From NCBI GenBank assembly GCA_015058845.1, contig SVBO01000001.1, positions 3,934 through 67,933 on the forward strand: a DNA stretch of 64,000 nucleotides, given 5' to 3'. The first letter of the stretch is position 1; each line of letters starts with the position of its first letter. Shown here one piece after another: positions 1 through 10,053 of this stretch. The DNA comes from Erysipelotrichaceae bacterium. GTDB taxonomy: Bacteria > Bacillota_I > Bacilli_A > Erysipelotrichales > Erysipelotrichaceae. The notes beneath the pieces were generated by a model, which saw only the letters and a program-made list of their open reading frames with translations, had not been told where the DNA came from and searched no databases. A program made the position numbers and the translations under genes.

Positions 1-981
1 TAGATTATATGGTCTTTCCCCTTCCTTACGACCATCGATATGTCTAGAATAATTCTCGATACCAGGACAGATCCCGAATTCTCTCAATGATTCTAAGTCA
101 TATCGAACACGTTGTCCTAAACGTTCTTCTTCTAATGGTTTACCTTCCTTGGCAAAGTAAGCAAGTCTTTCTTTTAACTCTTCCTCGATCGTTTCACAAG
201 CTCTTAGTACAACACTCTTACTATTCGCATATCCATTGGCAGGATATACTACATAGACGGAATACGCTTCCTTAACGACTCCTGTTAATGGATCTACTTC
301 CGTAATACGTTCGATCTCATCGCCAAATAACTCTACTCTCAAAATCGTAGCATCCGTATGACCAAACCCTATCTCGATCACATCTCCACGTGCTCTGAAG
401 GTACCTCTCTTTAGATCGATATCATTTCGTGAATATTGTCTTTCTACAAGTTTGCGCATTAGGTCTTCTCGAGAGATCTCCTCTCCTACGCGGATCGTGA
501 AGAACATGTTGTGATATTCAGTTGGGTTAGAGGAACCATAGATACATGCTACAGACGCAATAATGATCGTATCTCTTCTTTCTAATACAGAGTTCATAGC
601 TGCCATTCTTAGCATATCTAATTCCTCATTAGTAGTAGCATTCTTATCGATATACGTATCTGTCTTAGGTAGATAGGCTTCTGGTTGGTAGTAGTCAAAA
701 TTAGAGACAAAGTATTCTACTCGATTATGCGGAAAGAATTCTTTGAATTCACTGTATAACTGTCCTGCTAGTGTCTTATTATGTACGAATACTAAGGTAG
801 GCTTATTGACTCTAGCGATCACATTACTGATCGTGAAGGTTTTACCTGTTCCTGTAGCTCCTAGTAATACTTGGACATGTTTGTTATCTTTGACACCTTG
901 TACTAATTTCTCGATTGCTTGTGGTTGATCGCCTGTTGGTTTATAAGGTGCCACTAGTTGGAATAATCTCTCTTCACTCAT
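1..981 (-). CDS. uvrB: excinuclease ABC subunit B, N-terminal part (gene runs off left edge)
   Basis: Absent from the ORF track because it is truncated. My minus-strand translation from the ATG at 981 gives MSEERLFQLVAPYKPTGDQPQAIEKLVQGV..LLGATGTGKTFT..FDYYQPEAYLPKTDTYIDK, typical of UvrB. ATGA overlap with the stop of the upstream gene. Confidence 0.9.
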   Translation of the reverse strand, partial: MSEERLFQLVAPYKPTGDQPQAIEKLVQGVKDNKHVQVLLGATGTGKTFTISNVIARVNKPTLVFVHNKTLAGQLYSEFKEFFPHNRVEYFVSNFDYYQPEAYLPKTDTYIDKNATTNEELDMLRMAAMNSVLERRDTIIIASVACIYGSSNPTEYHNMFFTIRVGEEISREDLMRKLVERQYSRNDIDLKRGTFRARGDVIEIGFGHTDATILRVELFGDEIERITEVDPLTGVVKEAYSVYVVYPANGYANSKSVVLRACETIEEELKERLAYFAKEGKPLEEERLGQRVRYDLESLREFGICPGIENYSRHIDGRKEGERPYNL

Positions 982-2459
982 TCTTTGATCCACTCCAATG
1001 CTTTCTTCATTTGAAGATCATGTTCTTCTCTCTTAGCAAACCAATTACGGAAATTCGCTGCTACGATCTCTTGGTATGTTGTATTATCTAAGATACCATC
1101 TATCTCTAAATTATGATCCTTTTCAAAATTCTTTAAAGCAGTTTCAGTATCCTTAGAGAAATATCCATCTTGGCGATCTACACTATATCCTAGATAGTCT
1201 AACATCTCTTGTGTTAATACTGTATAAGAACTAACAGAATCATATCCATATTTCTCATTCTCTTTTAATGTAACTGCATTCTTGTATACATCTTCATTCT
1301 CTACATAGATATCTGGTTGGATCCCTGTTCCATTGATCGTATTTCCATTTGTTGTTAACCATTCAGCAGTAGTATATCTTAGAATACTACCATCTCCCAT
1401 TACAAGTGGTACTTGCATAGTACCTTTTCCATAAGTAGTAGTACCAATAACTGTAGCTCCTAATCCTTCTTGTAGAGCTGCTGTGAGTACTTCTGCTGCT
1501 GAGGCTGTACTTCCATTGACTAATACTGCGATCTTTGAGAATGTATATGGATCTTTATTAGTGGATACATCCTTATCGATCTTACCATCTCTATAACTCT
1601 TCTGAATGATCACTGTACCCTTTGGTAGTAAATAATTCCCAATAGTCACTAATGAGGATAAATATCCACCTGTATCATCTCTAAGATCTACGATCAAGTT
1701 CTTGATCCCTAAGATCTCCATCTTAACTAATTGTGTTGCTACTTCAGAAGCTGTAGAATCAGCAAATGAAGAGATAGTTAATACAGCTGTCTTATCATCT
1801 ACTTGTTTCATATACACAGTAGCTTGTACCATAGCTCTAGTCATTTCTAGAGTCAATTCTTTCCCATCACGTAATACCGTAATAGCCACTCTAGTACCTT
1901 CCTCACCACGTACCATAGATACTACTTCATCCGAAGTATGTCCCTTGACACTCACACCATCTACCGCAATGATCTCATCTTTCGTCTTTAATCCCCCTAC
2001 TTCAGCAGGAGAAGATGGATATACCTTATCCACCATAAAGATATCATTCACATGGAAGATCGAGCAACCTACGCCACTTAACGTACCACTTAAGGAATCT
2101 GTGAAATCAGTCGCCTCATCTAAAGTCATATAAGAAGTATGTAAGTCTACCTCGCTCATCATCATGCCATTGATCGCTCCTTCGATCAACTCTTGTTCTA
2201 GGTTCTCTACATTTTTCCCGAAGTACCATTGATTCTTCATTACACTATATGCCTTATGAAATAGATCTAAGTGTTCATCACCATAAGTAATAGTAGAAGA
2301 TACTCTTGGGATCATGCCACTACTTACGATCCCTAATAGGAAACAGACTACGCCTGTGGCAATGAAGCCTAGTACTAAGCGTTTACGTCTTTTCTCGCTA
2401 GCGATCTCATCTGGCCATTTGTGTCTTTCTAGTTTATATATTACTGAACGTTTACTCAT
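978..2459 (-). CDS. S41 family C-terminal processing peptidase with N-terminal TM anchor, PDZ domain and C-terminal PG-binding-like repeat
   Basis: 493-aa ORF. PDZ-like GLKTKDEIIAVDG, S41 core LRDDTGGYL and VNGSTASAAEV, C-terminal LDYLGY..DG.F motif. Confidence 0.85.
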   Translation of the reverse strand: MSKRSVIYKLERHKWPDEIASEKRRKRLVLGFIATGVVCFLLGIVSSGMIPRVSSTITYGDEHLDLFHKAYSVMKNQWYFGKNVENLEQELIEGAINGMMMSEVDLHTSYMTLDEATDFTDSLSGTLSGVGCSIFHVNDIFMVDKVYPSSPAEVGGLKTKDEIIAVDGVSVKGHTSDEVVSMVRGEEGTRVAITVLRDGKELTLEMTRAMVQATVYMKQVDDKTAVLTISSFADSTASEVATQLVKMEILGIKNLIVDLRDDTGGYLSSLVTIGNYLLPKGTVIIQKSYRDGKIDKDVSTNKDPYTFSKIAVLVNGSTASAAEVLTAALQEGLGATVIGTTTYGKGTMQVPLVMGDGSILRYTTAEWLTTNGNTINGTGIQPDIYVENEDVYKNAVTLKENEKYGYDSVSSYTVLTQEMLDYLGYSVDRQDGYFSKDTETALKNFEKDHNLEIDGILDNTTYQEIVAANFRNWFAKREEHDLQMKKALEWIKE

Positions 2460-2620
2460 TGTTATTTCTCCATTCTACTTATATATTGCTTCTTTTCTAT
2501 AGAATAAGTCTATAGATATTCTTTCAAATTATACCATACATTATATCTTAGGTTAACTAAAAGATGGTACTTCCTATGTATTAATAATAGTAGATGTAGT
2601 ATTCTAGGAAATTAGTAAAT

Positions 2621-2638
2621 GGCAGGGTGATCCCTGCC
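2621..2638 (-). terminator. hairpin ggcaggg-tgat-ccctgcc downstream of the 2658..3368 gene
   Basis: 7-bp GC-rich stem with 4-nt loop, then a moderately T-rich tract on the minus strand. Confidence 0.5.
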
Positions 2639-2657
2639 ATTGGTATATGCCTTATAT

Positions 2658-3368
2658 TTAAATGTTACGAATAGCTGTATAGATCTTATGAGCAGTTTGC
2701 TCTATAAAGTCTTCATACTCTTGGATAGAGAAGAAGTATCCACTTCCTTTGATATCTCTCCACTCTTCATATTCCTTCAACATGATCGGGATCTTTCTAG
2801 TAATAGCTCCTGTAGGAAAGAAATCTATATAGTCTGGGAAACTTGTAGTAGTGGGTAAGAGTGTGTTATAGCTACATTGAGGATGATCTTGAATATACTG
2901 ATTCTCTAACTCAATGATATCCGCATAGATATTCCATCTACCAAAAACTTCTTTTAAAGTATCGAATGTTTCAGGATATCCTTCGATCTTCTTAGCCATT
3001 TCTGGATCTGTTTTAATTCTCTTGAAACATGTTTGGATACGTTTGGGATCTCTGCTGAATGCTTCATGATACATGATATCTGTGATCAAATGGGAATAAT
3101 ATCCTAGTAGATAAGAGTAATGTTCTTGGGATAAGAACTTCTGATCTTGGATATATTGTACATAGAAAGTCTCTGGATCAGATGTATCTTTCATTTCCCC
3201 TTTCATGAAATGTGTAACTTCTCTAGAGGGGATATAGGCACTCCAGTCTTCATTCTCAATATTACAATCTGGTGCTATATTTCCAATACAGAATCCTCTT
3301 TTATCTACTTCTAGTCCCATCTCTAATAGAACATCTGCAATTCTTGTATGTGTGATCCAATTAGCCAT
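2658..3368 (-). CDS. hypothetical metal-dependent hydrolase-like protein (possibly zinc phospholipase C-like fold)
   Basis: 236-aa ORF with His-rich N-terminus (WITHTRIAD) and an HLITD motif. Function not securely recognised. Confidence 0.4.
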   Translation of the reverse strand: MANWITHTRIADVLLEMGLEVDKRGFCIGNIAPDCNIENEDWSAYIPSREVTHFMKGEMKDTSDPETFYVQYIQDQKFLSQEHYSYLLGYYSHLITDIMYHEAFSRDPKRIQTCFKRIKTDPEMAKKIEGYPETFDTLKEVFGRWNIYADIIELENQYIQDHPQCSYNTLLPTTTSFPDYIDFFPTGAITRKIPIMLKEYEEWRDIKGSGYFFSIQEYEDFIEQTAHKIYTAIRNI

Positions 3369-3910
3369 TATACTCTCCTCATCATCCAGTATACATCCGC
3401 ATACGTACCATCACTATACTTCATATCATGTGGATGTGTCCCATAGATCTCGAACCCTAGACTCTTATATAACTCTACAGCCCTAGTATTCTCAGTAACT
3501 ACCTCTAATTCTATTTGCTCTAAACCCATATCCTTAGCGATCTCTAGGAGTGCTAGTACCATCTTCTTACCAATGCCCATACCTGTATACTTTTGGTATA
3601 GTGCTATTCCTAGATCCGCTTTATGTCTACATCTCTTAGGAGAATGTCCATTCAAAGAGCAATTTCCTACAAACTCTCCATCTAAGAATGCTAGTAACAT
3701 AATACTATTCTTTGCATTATTCATCATTTTGATAAAGTTTTGTTCTTGTTCTACGCTAAAGGTGATCTCATCACTCTCTTTTAGTAAATATCTAGTTTCT
3801 GAGCATGTTACTTTCAGATAGTTGATCAACATCTGAGCATCTTCTTCTCTAGCATTTCTTAGGAGTAATTCATGTCCTCTATGTTCTATACTAATATCTT
3901 GTATCTTCAT
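3368..3910 (-). CDS. GNAT family N-acetyltransferase
   Basis: 180 aa. Acetyl-CoA motif YQKYTGMGIGKKMV and C-terminal GF..YG pattern typical of RimJ/RimL-like GNATs. Confidence 0.8.
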   Translation of the reverse strand: MKIQDISIEHRGHELLLRNAREEDAQMLINYLKVTCSETRYLLKESDEITFSVEQEQNFIKMMNNAKNSIMLLAFLDGEFVGNCSLNGHSPKRCRHKADLGIALYQKYTGMGIGKKMVLALLEIAKDMGLEQIELEVVTENTRAVELYKSLGFEIYGTHPHDMKYSDGTYADVYWMMRRV

Positions 3911-3919
3911 ATCTGCCTC

Positions 3920-4405
3920 CTAGAATATATGTAATGGTGTAAATACCACATGGTCTTCTACTGCTGTTCCTGTATAAATGTGGGTAGTATGTCTACCTAT
4001 AGAGAGATAATGATCGATCATATGTTTGGCTGTAAAGGGCATGTTGAGGGATCGTATGTCATTTAATACATACCATTTCGTATCTCCTTCTTGAGAAGGT
4101 ATATCTTCTTTATACTTTAATAATTCAGCAAAGTAATAGTAATTGATACGAATCTCATCATTCACATGTCTGATACAGATGTATCGTAATTGAAGATCAG
4201 TAATATCTTGTTGTGTCATATGTAATTCTTCTTGTAATTCTCTTAAGACACAGGCTTTAGGGTCATTTACTTCCCATTCCTCAAAGTGTCCTCCTGCTGA
4301 GCCTATCCAAGAATCACTGATGACTTTCGAATTCTTTCGATATAACATCAATACTTTTCCTTGGTATTGTAGATATACTGTTGCCATGTTTCTAAGTGTA
4401 CTCAT
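3920..4405 (-). CDS. NUDIX hydrolase
   Basis: 161 aa. Nudix box GGHFEEWEVNDPKACVLRELQEEL. Confidence 0.8.
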   Translation of the reverse strand: MSTLRNMATVYLQYQGKVLMLYRKNSKVISDSWIGSAGGHFEEWEVNDPKACVLRELQEELHMTQQDITDLQLRYICIRHVNDEIRINYYYFAELLKYKEDIPSQEGDTKWYVLNDIRSLNMPFTAKHMIDHYLSIGRHTTHIYTGTAVEDHVVFTPLHIF

Positions 4406-4407
4406 AG

Positions 4408-5274
4408 CTACTCTCCTAAGAACTTCTTGATCTCTTCTATTCTCTCTAATGCTACTGCTCTACCGATCTCATAGACTACTTGTAGTGTATTAGGATCTTT
4501 CTCTACTCTACCAATAGGTAGTTTCTCATTAGGTCTAATGACATATACTTCTCCTGCTTTTTCTTTCTCTAGAATATACTGGATCGTTTCGTTATACATG
4601 ATATGTCTATTAGCCATGGCTTCTACTAACTTTGGATATTGTTTATATTTACGTTTAATGATCGGCATTAATCCGTTTGGTTCTTTGATATATCCTTGTG
4701 GTTGTGTGAGTACTACGATGTTCTTGTTATATCCTAGGGATTCAAAGTGTTTTAGTGGAATAGAATCAGCAATTCCTCCATCTAGTAGTTTCATGCCATC
4801 TATCTCTACGATCTTAGAGACGACTGGCATCGCAGATCCTGCTCTGATCCAATCTAGTCCTACTTCTACACCCTGGTCTTCAAACTTCCAGTATACTGGC
4901 TCTCCTGTTTCGATATTAGTACATGTAATATAATATTCCATAGGATCTTGTAGATATGTTTCATAGTCGAATAGGTCATGTACTAATGGTACTTCTTTGA
5001 AGCAGAATTCTGCACTGAATAGATTACCAGTCTTTAAATAAGAATAGATCCCACCATATCTCTTATCATTACAGAAACGCTTATTATATCGGATCCCTCT
5101 ACCAATTTGATGAGATTTATAATTCACACCAACACCAGCCCCTGCACTTACACCGATCGCTCCATCCAGTACGATCCCATGCTCCATCATGACATCAATG
5201 ACACCACATGTGAACATGCAACGCATAGCACCACCTTCTAATACTAACCCCTTCTTGATCATTTCCTCACGCAT
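4408..5274 (-). CDS. patatin-like phospholipase family protein
   Basis: 288 aa. Oxyanion motif LEGGAMR, nucleophile elbow GVSAGA, DGG near the C-terminal half. Confidence 0.85.
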   Translation of the reverse strand: MREEMIKKGLVLEGGAMRCMFTCGVIDVMMEHGIVLDGAIGVSAGAGVGVNYKSHQIGRGIRYNKRFCNDKRYGGIYSYLKTGNLFSAEFCFKEVPLVHDLFDYETYLQDPMEYYITCTNIETGEPVYWKFEDQGVEVGLDWIRAGSAMPVVSKIVEIDGMKLLDGGIADSIPLKHFESLGYNKNIVVLTQPQGYIKEPNGLMPIIKRKYKQYPKLVEAMANRHIMYNETIQYILEKEKAGEVYVIRPNEKLPIGRVEKDPNTLQVVYEIGRAVALERIEEIKKFLGE

Positions 5275-5353
5275 ACTAACACCTTCTTTATTTGTTATCT
5301 TTTAATATAACTGAATCAGAACTAGAATGCAAGATAAGGCTAAAGAAAGACAC

Positions 5354-5385
5354 AAAAGGTATGACTCTGTATCAAAGCCATACCT
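5354..5385 (-). terminator. intrinsic terminator after the 99-aa ORF
   Basis: aggtatg/catacct stem followed by TTTT on the minus strand. Confidence 0.5.
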
Positions 5386-5396
5386 CTTAGTTACTA

Positions 5397-5696
5397 TTAC
5401 TTTTTCTTCTCGAATCTCTTCTTACCGTTTTCGTCTACACCAAGTAAATATAATTGCCAGTCTAGAACACCAGTCATTAACTTCTCATTCTCATCAGCAG
5501 CGAATTTCTTACGCCATTCTACTAACTTTTTAAGTTGAGCAGCTTCATCTCCTCTACTGAAGTCGATATCTTGATCTTCTAAGAACTTGAAACTGATCCA
5601 AACTTCTGGTGCAACGAATAGGTCGCTGTCACCCATTACTTGATCTCTTTTTACTTTGTCTTGGTACATTTTCCAATATTGTTCTGAAACACTCAC
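5397..5696 (-). CDS. hypothetical small acidic/basic protein
   Basis: 99-aa ORF with an RBS-like aaggaggaatt upstream and its own terminator. No motif recognised. Confidence 0.5.
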   Translation of the reverse strand: MSVSEQYWKMYQDKVKRDQVMGDSDLFVAPEVWISFKFLEDQDIDFSRGDEAAQLKKLVEWRKKFAADENEKLMTGVLDWQLYLLGVDENGKKRFEKKK

Positions 5697-5760
5697 GCTA
5701 AATTCCTCCTTATATGCGTATATATTGTAAACTTGTTCTTATATTCTTACAAGTTTAAAT

Positions 5761-7224
5761 TTACAAACTATAAGACTTACCTACCTTTACATTCCATATT
5801 TCTAATGGATTATAACGACAAGGTGCCTTGTAATTCTTTTTGTTACAAGTCGTTGTAAGACCTGCACTACCCCAACCAAGACCAAAGTCAAATTGACCTT
5901 TGTTAGAGAATTCCTCGATCACATCTACTAATGGAGTCGTACCAAAGTAGAATACCTCGATATGAGAATGTGGACCAGAGGAGTTACCAGAAGATCCGAC
6001 TTCTCCGATCTGTGTTCCTTGAAGTACTGTTACCGCCTTACCATCTTTACTAGGCCATTCGATATACTTACTAACACCCTTTGCCATATGACCGATCTTC
6101 ACAGCATATGTCTTACCATCGACCACCATCGCTAGTACCACATGGTTACCAGCTCCAGCACTACCAGGAGTACCACACCAGTTACCTAGTCCTCCATAAG
6201 TTGGACATCTATCACTCATGAATAATACTACTGAGTTAGCAGGGGCATAGACTGGTGTACCTACATTAGCAGCAAAGTCTGTTCCTAGATGTGGACACTT
6301 ATTGGCTCCAGCACTACAGAAAGAAGCTGGATAATAGAAAGAACCTGCACTGATATAGAAGTTATCTACTGGATAGATCCATCCTGTAGATGGAGTCAGA
6401 GTTCTTAGACTTGATAAGTCTGATACAGCTCTCTTGATCTCTGATAAGTTTTGAGCAGCTTGTTGTTGCTGTGCCTCGATCTCAGCCGCTTTTAAATTAT
6501 ATTCAGCAAGCAATGCTTGTTGTGTATTCTGTGTACTTACTAGAGAACTCTTTTGTTTCTCTAAGTCAGTCTTTTGATTCTGTGCTGTTTCTTTTTGTTT
6601 CACTAAGATATCTCTATCTTTTACTAATAAAGCCTTTTGTTCTTCTAACTTCTTGATCTGTTCCTTATCATAGCTAGTAATACTATTTACACCCTCTACA
6701 CGACGGATCAAGTCTACAAAGTCTGTAGCCCCCATAATGAAATCAGCAAAGGCATTGACTTGAATGATCGATTGGATCGCTTCCATTCTAGCTCTGATCC
6801 CCTCATCCGTAGAAGCAATATCCTCTTCTCTATCTTGGATCTGTTTCTCTAATAATGCAATATTCGTTTCCAATGTTGCGATAGACTTAGTAGTAGAGGT
6901 AATAGAAGTATTCTTTTGCTTGATCTGATTAGATAGACTATTCAAAGCAGATTGTAACTTAGAAATATCTTTCTTCACATTATTCAGATCCTGTGTAATA
7001 CTCTCTAACTCCTTAGCAGCTGCATCACTTTGATCTGACATATACGCATAGAAAGCATCACACACTTCCTCATCCTCTTCACTTAGATCCATAGCAGTAC
7101 AATAGTTATAATAATATTCCTCTTCCCCATCAAACATCGATACTGCTGTCACATTTACAGAAGGAACGATACAGAAAGTAAGAATCGCTAATAATACACA
7201 TAGTATCTTCTTCACACTCTTCAT
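5761..7224 (-). CDS. secreted coiled-coil M23 (LytM-type) peptidoglycan metalloendopeptidase, probable FtsEX partner
   Basis: 487 aa. Signal/TM at the N-terminus, then ~250 aa of heptad-rich Q/K/E/L sequence. C-terminal M23 motifs HLGTDFAA and SSGPHSHIEV (HxxxD and HxH present). Directly downstream of ftsX. Confidence 0.85.
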   Translation of the reverse strand: MKSVKKILCVLLAILTFCIVPSVNVTAVSMFDGEEEYYYNYCTAMDLSEEDEEVCDAFYAYMSDQSDAAAKELESITQDLNNVKKDISKLQSALNSLSNQIKQKNTSITSTTKSIATLETNIALLEKQIQDREEDIASTDEGIRARMEAIQSIIQVNAFADFIMGATDFVDLIRRVEGVNSITSYDKEQIKKLEEQKALLVKDRDILVKQKETAQNQKTDLEKQKSSLVSTQNTQQALLAEYNLKAAEIEAQQQQAAQNLSEIKRAVSDLSSLRTLTPSTGWIYPVDNFYISAGSFYYPASFCSAGANKCPHLGTDFAANVGTPVYAPANSVVLFMSDRCPTYGGLGNWCGTPGSAGAGNHVVLAMVVDGKTYAVKIGHMAKGVSKYIEWPSKDGKAVTVLQGTQIGEVGSSGNSSGPHSHIEVFYFGTTPLVDVIEEFSNKGQFDFGLGWGSAGLTTTCNKKNYKAPCRYNPLEIWNVKVGKSYSL

Positions 7225-7225
7225 A

Positions 7226-8134
7226 CTATCTCCTCCACCATAGTAAACGAGACACGGAAATATAACTTCCGATCAAGCCTACCATAACACCAATAAATGC
7301 TAGAAGACCAGATAGTTGATACACAAATGGATCTACAGCGATCAATGGGAACATCTCACTGAAGAAGACTCCATTGAATGCATTGTATAAGAATCCATAA
7401 CCAAAGATCGTGATCAGAATTGGGAATAAGGCTCCTAGAAGGCCAATGAACATACCCTCAATTAAGAATGGAGTACGAATAAACCCATTACTAGCTCCAA
7501 CTAATCGCATAATAGCGATCTCATCTTTACGAGCAGTGATCGTTAATTTGATCGTATTAGAGATCAGGAAGATCGCTAATGCTGAAAGACATAGTACAAA
7601 GATCAAACCACCACTACGGATCGCATTGAATGCATCCATCATAGCCAATACATTCGTACCACCATATAAAGCAGACTCAATACCAGGGATCTTAGTAATA
7701 TCTTGCGTAACACGCTCGATCTCATCCCCATCATCTACCTCAACAATGAAAGCTCTCTTTAAAGGATTAGCCTCCCCACGATAACTCTCAAATAACTCAC
7801 CATGTTCTCCATATACCTCAATAAAAGCATCTAACTCTGCATCCTTATCAGAATAAGTCACCTCAGATACATTCGCGATCTTCTCTACCGCCTCTTGTAA
7901 AGAAGGGATCTTGCTCTCTTCGATCACATCCTCGATCTGTACATGGATCTTAGTATCAGACTCCATATTCTTGGTAAATGCTGAGATATTCATTGCAAAC
8001 ACTGTAAATACAGCGATCAATACTAATGTAACCGTAACAGCTGATACAGAAGAAAGCGTCATTGCGATATTACGTAATAGGCCATGGTATGCCTCTTTAA
8101 AATGTCTTGGAATATCATGTAAGAAATTACTCAC
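7226..8134 (-). CDS. ftsX: cell division permease-like protein FtsX
   Basis: 302 aa. One TM, an extracellular domain, then three TM segments. Overlaps ftsE by 8 nt. Confidence 0.9.
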   Translation of the reverse strand: MSNFLHDIPRHFKEAYHGLLRNIAMTLSSVSAVTVTLVLIAVFTVFAMNISAFTKNMESDTKIHVQIEDVIEESKIPSLQEAVEKIANVSEVTYSDKDAELDAFIEVYGEHGELFESYRGEANPLKRAFIVEVDDGDEIERVTQDITKIPGIESALYGGTNVLAMMDAFNAIRSGGLIFVLCLSALAIFLISNTIKLTITARKDEIAIMRLVGASNGFIRTPFLIEGMFIGLLGALFPILITIFGYGFLYNAFNGVFFSEMFPLIAVDPFVYQLSGLLAFIGVMVGLIGSYISVSRLLWWRR

Positions 8135-8816
8135 GAGACAAATATCCTCCTTCCATAAGATCTGCTACAACAAAACCATTATCTAATAAGATCGTACGTT
8201 TCTTATACTTTTCGACTAACGCCTTATCATGCGTTACCATCAAGATCGTAGTCTTTTCTTCTTTATTGATACGCTCTAACAAACGAATGATCTCTTCACT
8301 CTTTTCTGGGTCTAAGTTACCAGTAGGTTCATCTGCGATCAATACCTTAGGTTTATTAGCAATCGCTCTACCGATCGCAACACGTTGTTGTTGACCTCCT
8401 GAGATCTGCTCAGGGAATGCTTTTGCTTTATCCTCTAGATCTACTAACTTCAAGACTTCACGTACTCTTTGACGAATATATAATGTAGGTTTACTTACTA
8501 CCTCTAGTGCAAAGGCAATATTCTCGAATACTGTTTTCTTAGGCAATAGTCTAAAGTCTTGATAGACTACCCCTACATTACGACGAAAATAAGGGATCTT
8601 ACGATTAGGGATCTTCACTAGATCGATCCCTGCTACATTGACTCTACCCTTACTAGGAGCTTCTTCTCCACTTAAGATCTTGATCAAAGTAGATTTCCCA
8701 CATCCAGTAGATCCAATGATATATACGAATTCCCCTTCGTTGATGTATAAACTAACTCCATTTAGAGCCTTAGTTCCCGTTTTATAGACTTTTGAAACAT
8801 TTTCAAGTTTGATCAT
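8127..8816 (-). CDS. ftsE: cell division ATP-binding protein FtsE
   Basis: Walker A GSTGCGKST, signature ISGGQQQR, Walker B LIADEPTGNLD. Start moved to the MIKLENV ATG at 8816, which has GGAGG 9 nt upstream; the track ORF starts at 8840. Confidence 0.9.
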   Translation of the reverse strand: MIKLENVSKVYKTGTKALNGVSLYINEGEFVYIIGSTGCGKSTLIKILSGEEAPSKGRVNVAGIDLVKIPNRKIPYFRRNVGVVYQDFRLLPKKTVFENIAFALEVVSKPTLYIRQRVREVLKLVDLEDKAKAFPEQISGGQQQRVAIGRAIANKPKVLIADEPTGNLDPEKSEEIIRLLERINKEEKTTILMVTHDKALVEKYKKRTILLDNGFVVADLMEGGYLSRE

Positions 8817-9012
8817 GATACGTTTCCTCCAGTGTAACACTCTTAATTATAACATAGTTCGACATATTATTTATACCCATATTTTACCAATTATTCTCTA
8901 CTTTATATGGAATCTGTGAAAAGTATTGGTATGATCTACCTTTTCAATTATTAATTCTTTTCAGATCTTTCAAAATCTTATAGAATATAGGTATAGAAAT
9001 TAGGTGATAGGT

Positions 9013-9423
9013 ATGAAGATCGTTGTGATAGATGGTCAAGGTGGTAGAATTGGTAAGATGATCATTGAGGAGATCAGTGATATGGTGATAGGACATGAGG
9101 TAGTGGCTATTGGTACGAATGCGCTTGCTACTTCATCTATGATCAAAGGGGGTGCTACACTAGCGGCTACTGGGGAGAATCCTGTAGTAGTGAATGTGAG
9201 AGATGCGGATGTTGTGATCGGTCCGATCGGGATCATTGTAGCTGATTCTTTGTTAGGAGAGGTTACAGAGAAGATGGCTGTGGCTGTGGCTTCTAGTAAG
9301 GCTAAGAAGATCTTAGTGCCTATTTCTAAGTGTAATCAAGTGGTTGTAGGTGTACAGGAACTTCCTTTAAGTAAATATATTGAACTAGTAAGAGAACAAT
9401 TGAAAAGAGAGCTAGGTCTTTAG
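9013..9423 (+). CDS. DUF3842-like small protein (MKIVVIDGQGGRIG family)
   Basis: N-terminus MKIVVIDGQGGRIGK matches my memory of the DUF3842 family. The ATG at 9013 is preceded by AGGTGA. Confidence 0.6.
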   Translation: MKIVVIDGQGGRIGKMIIEEISDMVIGHEVVAIGTNALATSSMIKGGATLAATGENPVVVNVRDADVVIGPIGIIVADSLLGEVTEKMAVAVASSKAKKILVPISKCNQVVVGVQELPLSKYIELVREQLKRELGL

Positions 9424-9439
9424 ACTTAGCTCTCTTACT

Positions 9440-9943
9440 TTACATCACTCTAGCCTTCTGTAGTAATCTCACTACCAAAGGTACCAAGATCAATTGCAAG
9501 ATAATACCTGGGATCGCATTCGTGAAGCCACTAGCAACGAATGCCGCTAATGTCATCTCTCCATATAATATAGCCTGTACACATCCCCATACGATCCTAC
9601 CTAGGATCATAGCACTGATCAAGGAAATATACACTCCTACGATATTTTTACTGACTTTACTATAAATAACACCTGTTACAAAGCCATAGGTAGCTAGTTC
9701 AAATGCCATGGGAATAGCGGTAGCCATAGGGGGCATGGTGAAGATCATACTTCTCAGTATAGGTGTGATAGCGCCTACGATAGCACCATAAGGTCCTCCT
9801 AATACAAAGCCACTGATCAGTACTGGAATATGCATAGGTAATAACATACTTCCTATTTGAGGTACTTGGCCTGTGATGAATGGCATGATGATACCAAGTG
9901 CTATAAATAAAGCAGATAATGTGATCTTCTTAGTGTGTGTCAT
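9440..9943 (-). CDS. ECF transporter S (substrate-capture) component, substrate unknown
   Basis: 167 aa with about 5-6 TM helices and Gly/Pro-rich helices typical of ECF S units. Confidence 0.6.
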   Translation of the reverse strand: MTHTKKITLSALFIALGIIMPFITGQVPQIGSMLLPMHIPVLISGFVLGGPYGAIVGAITPILRSMIFTMPPMATAIPMAFELATYGFVTGVIYSKVSKNIVGVYISLISAMILGRIVWGCVQAILYGEMTLAAFVASGFTNAIPGIILQLILVPLVVRLLQKARVM

Positions 9944-9971
9944 AGTATACCTCCTGAAATAAAGAAAACGC

Positions 9972-10010
9972 CAAAAAGAATGTCTATAGACACCTTCATG
10001 GCGTTACATA
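9972..10010 (-). terminator. terminator hairpin between the XRE/TPR gene and the ECF S gene
   Basis: Minus strand reads AACGCCA..TGTCTATAGACA..TGGCGTT followed by TTTCTTTATTT. Confidence 0.45.
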
Positions 10011-10053
10011 ACCTTCATGGTCAAATTACAAATATAGTATATGCAATATATCC

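Noticed and set aside
1702-2133. Long antisense ORFs in the track, here and at 4538..4933, 7410..7784, 16591..16914, 17467..17877, 21283..21681 and 56878..57375
   Set aside because: Each lies opposite a gene with clear family motifs. They have no RBS and low-complexity Ser/Ile/Pro-rich products. They are shadow ORFs typical of purine-loaded coding strands.
9944-10053. Possible riboswitch upstream of the ECF S-component gene
   Set aside because: Only a nested hairpin followed by a T-run is present. It reads as the terminator of the upstream XRE/TPR gene, and there is too little sequence for an aptamer.
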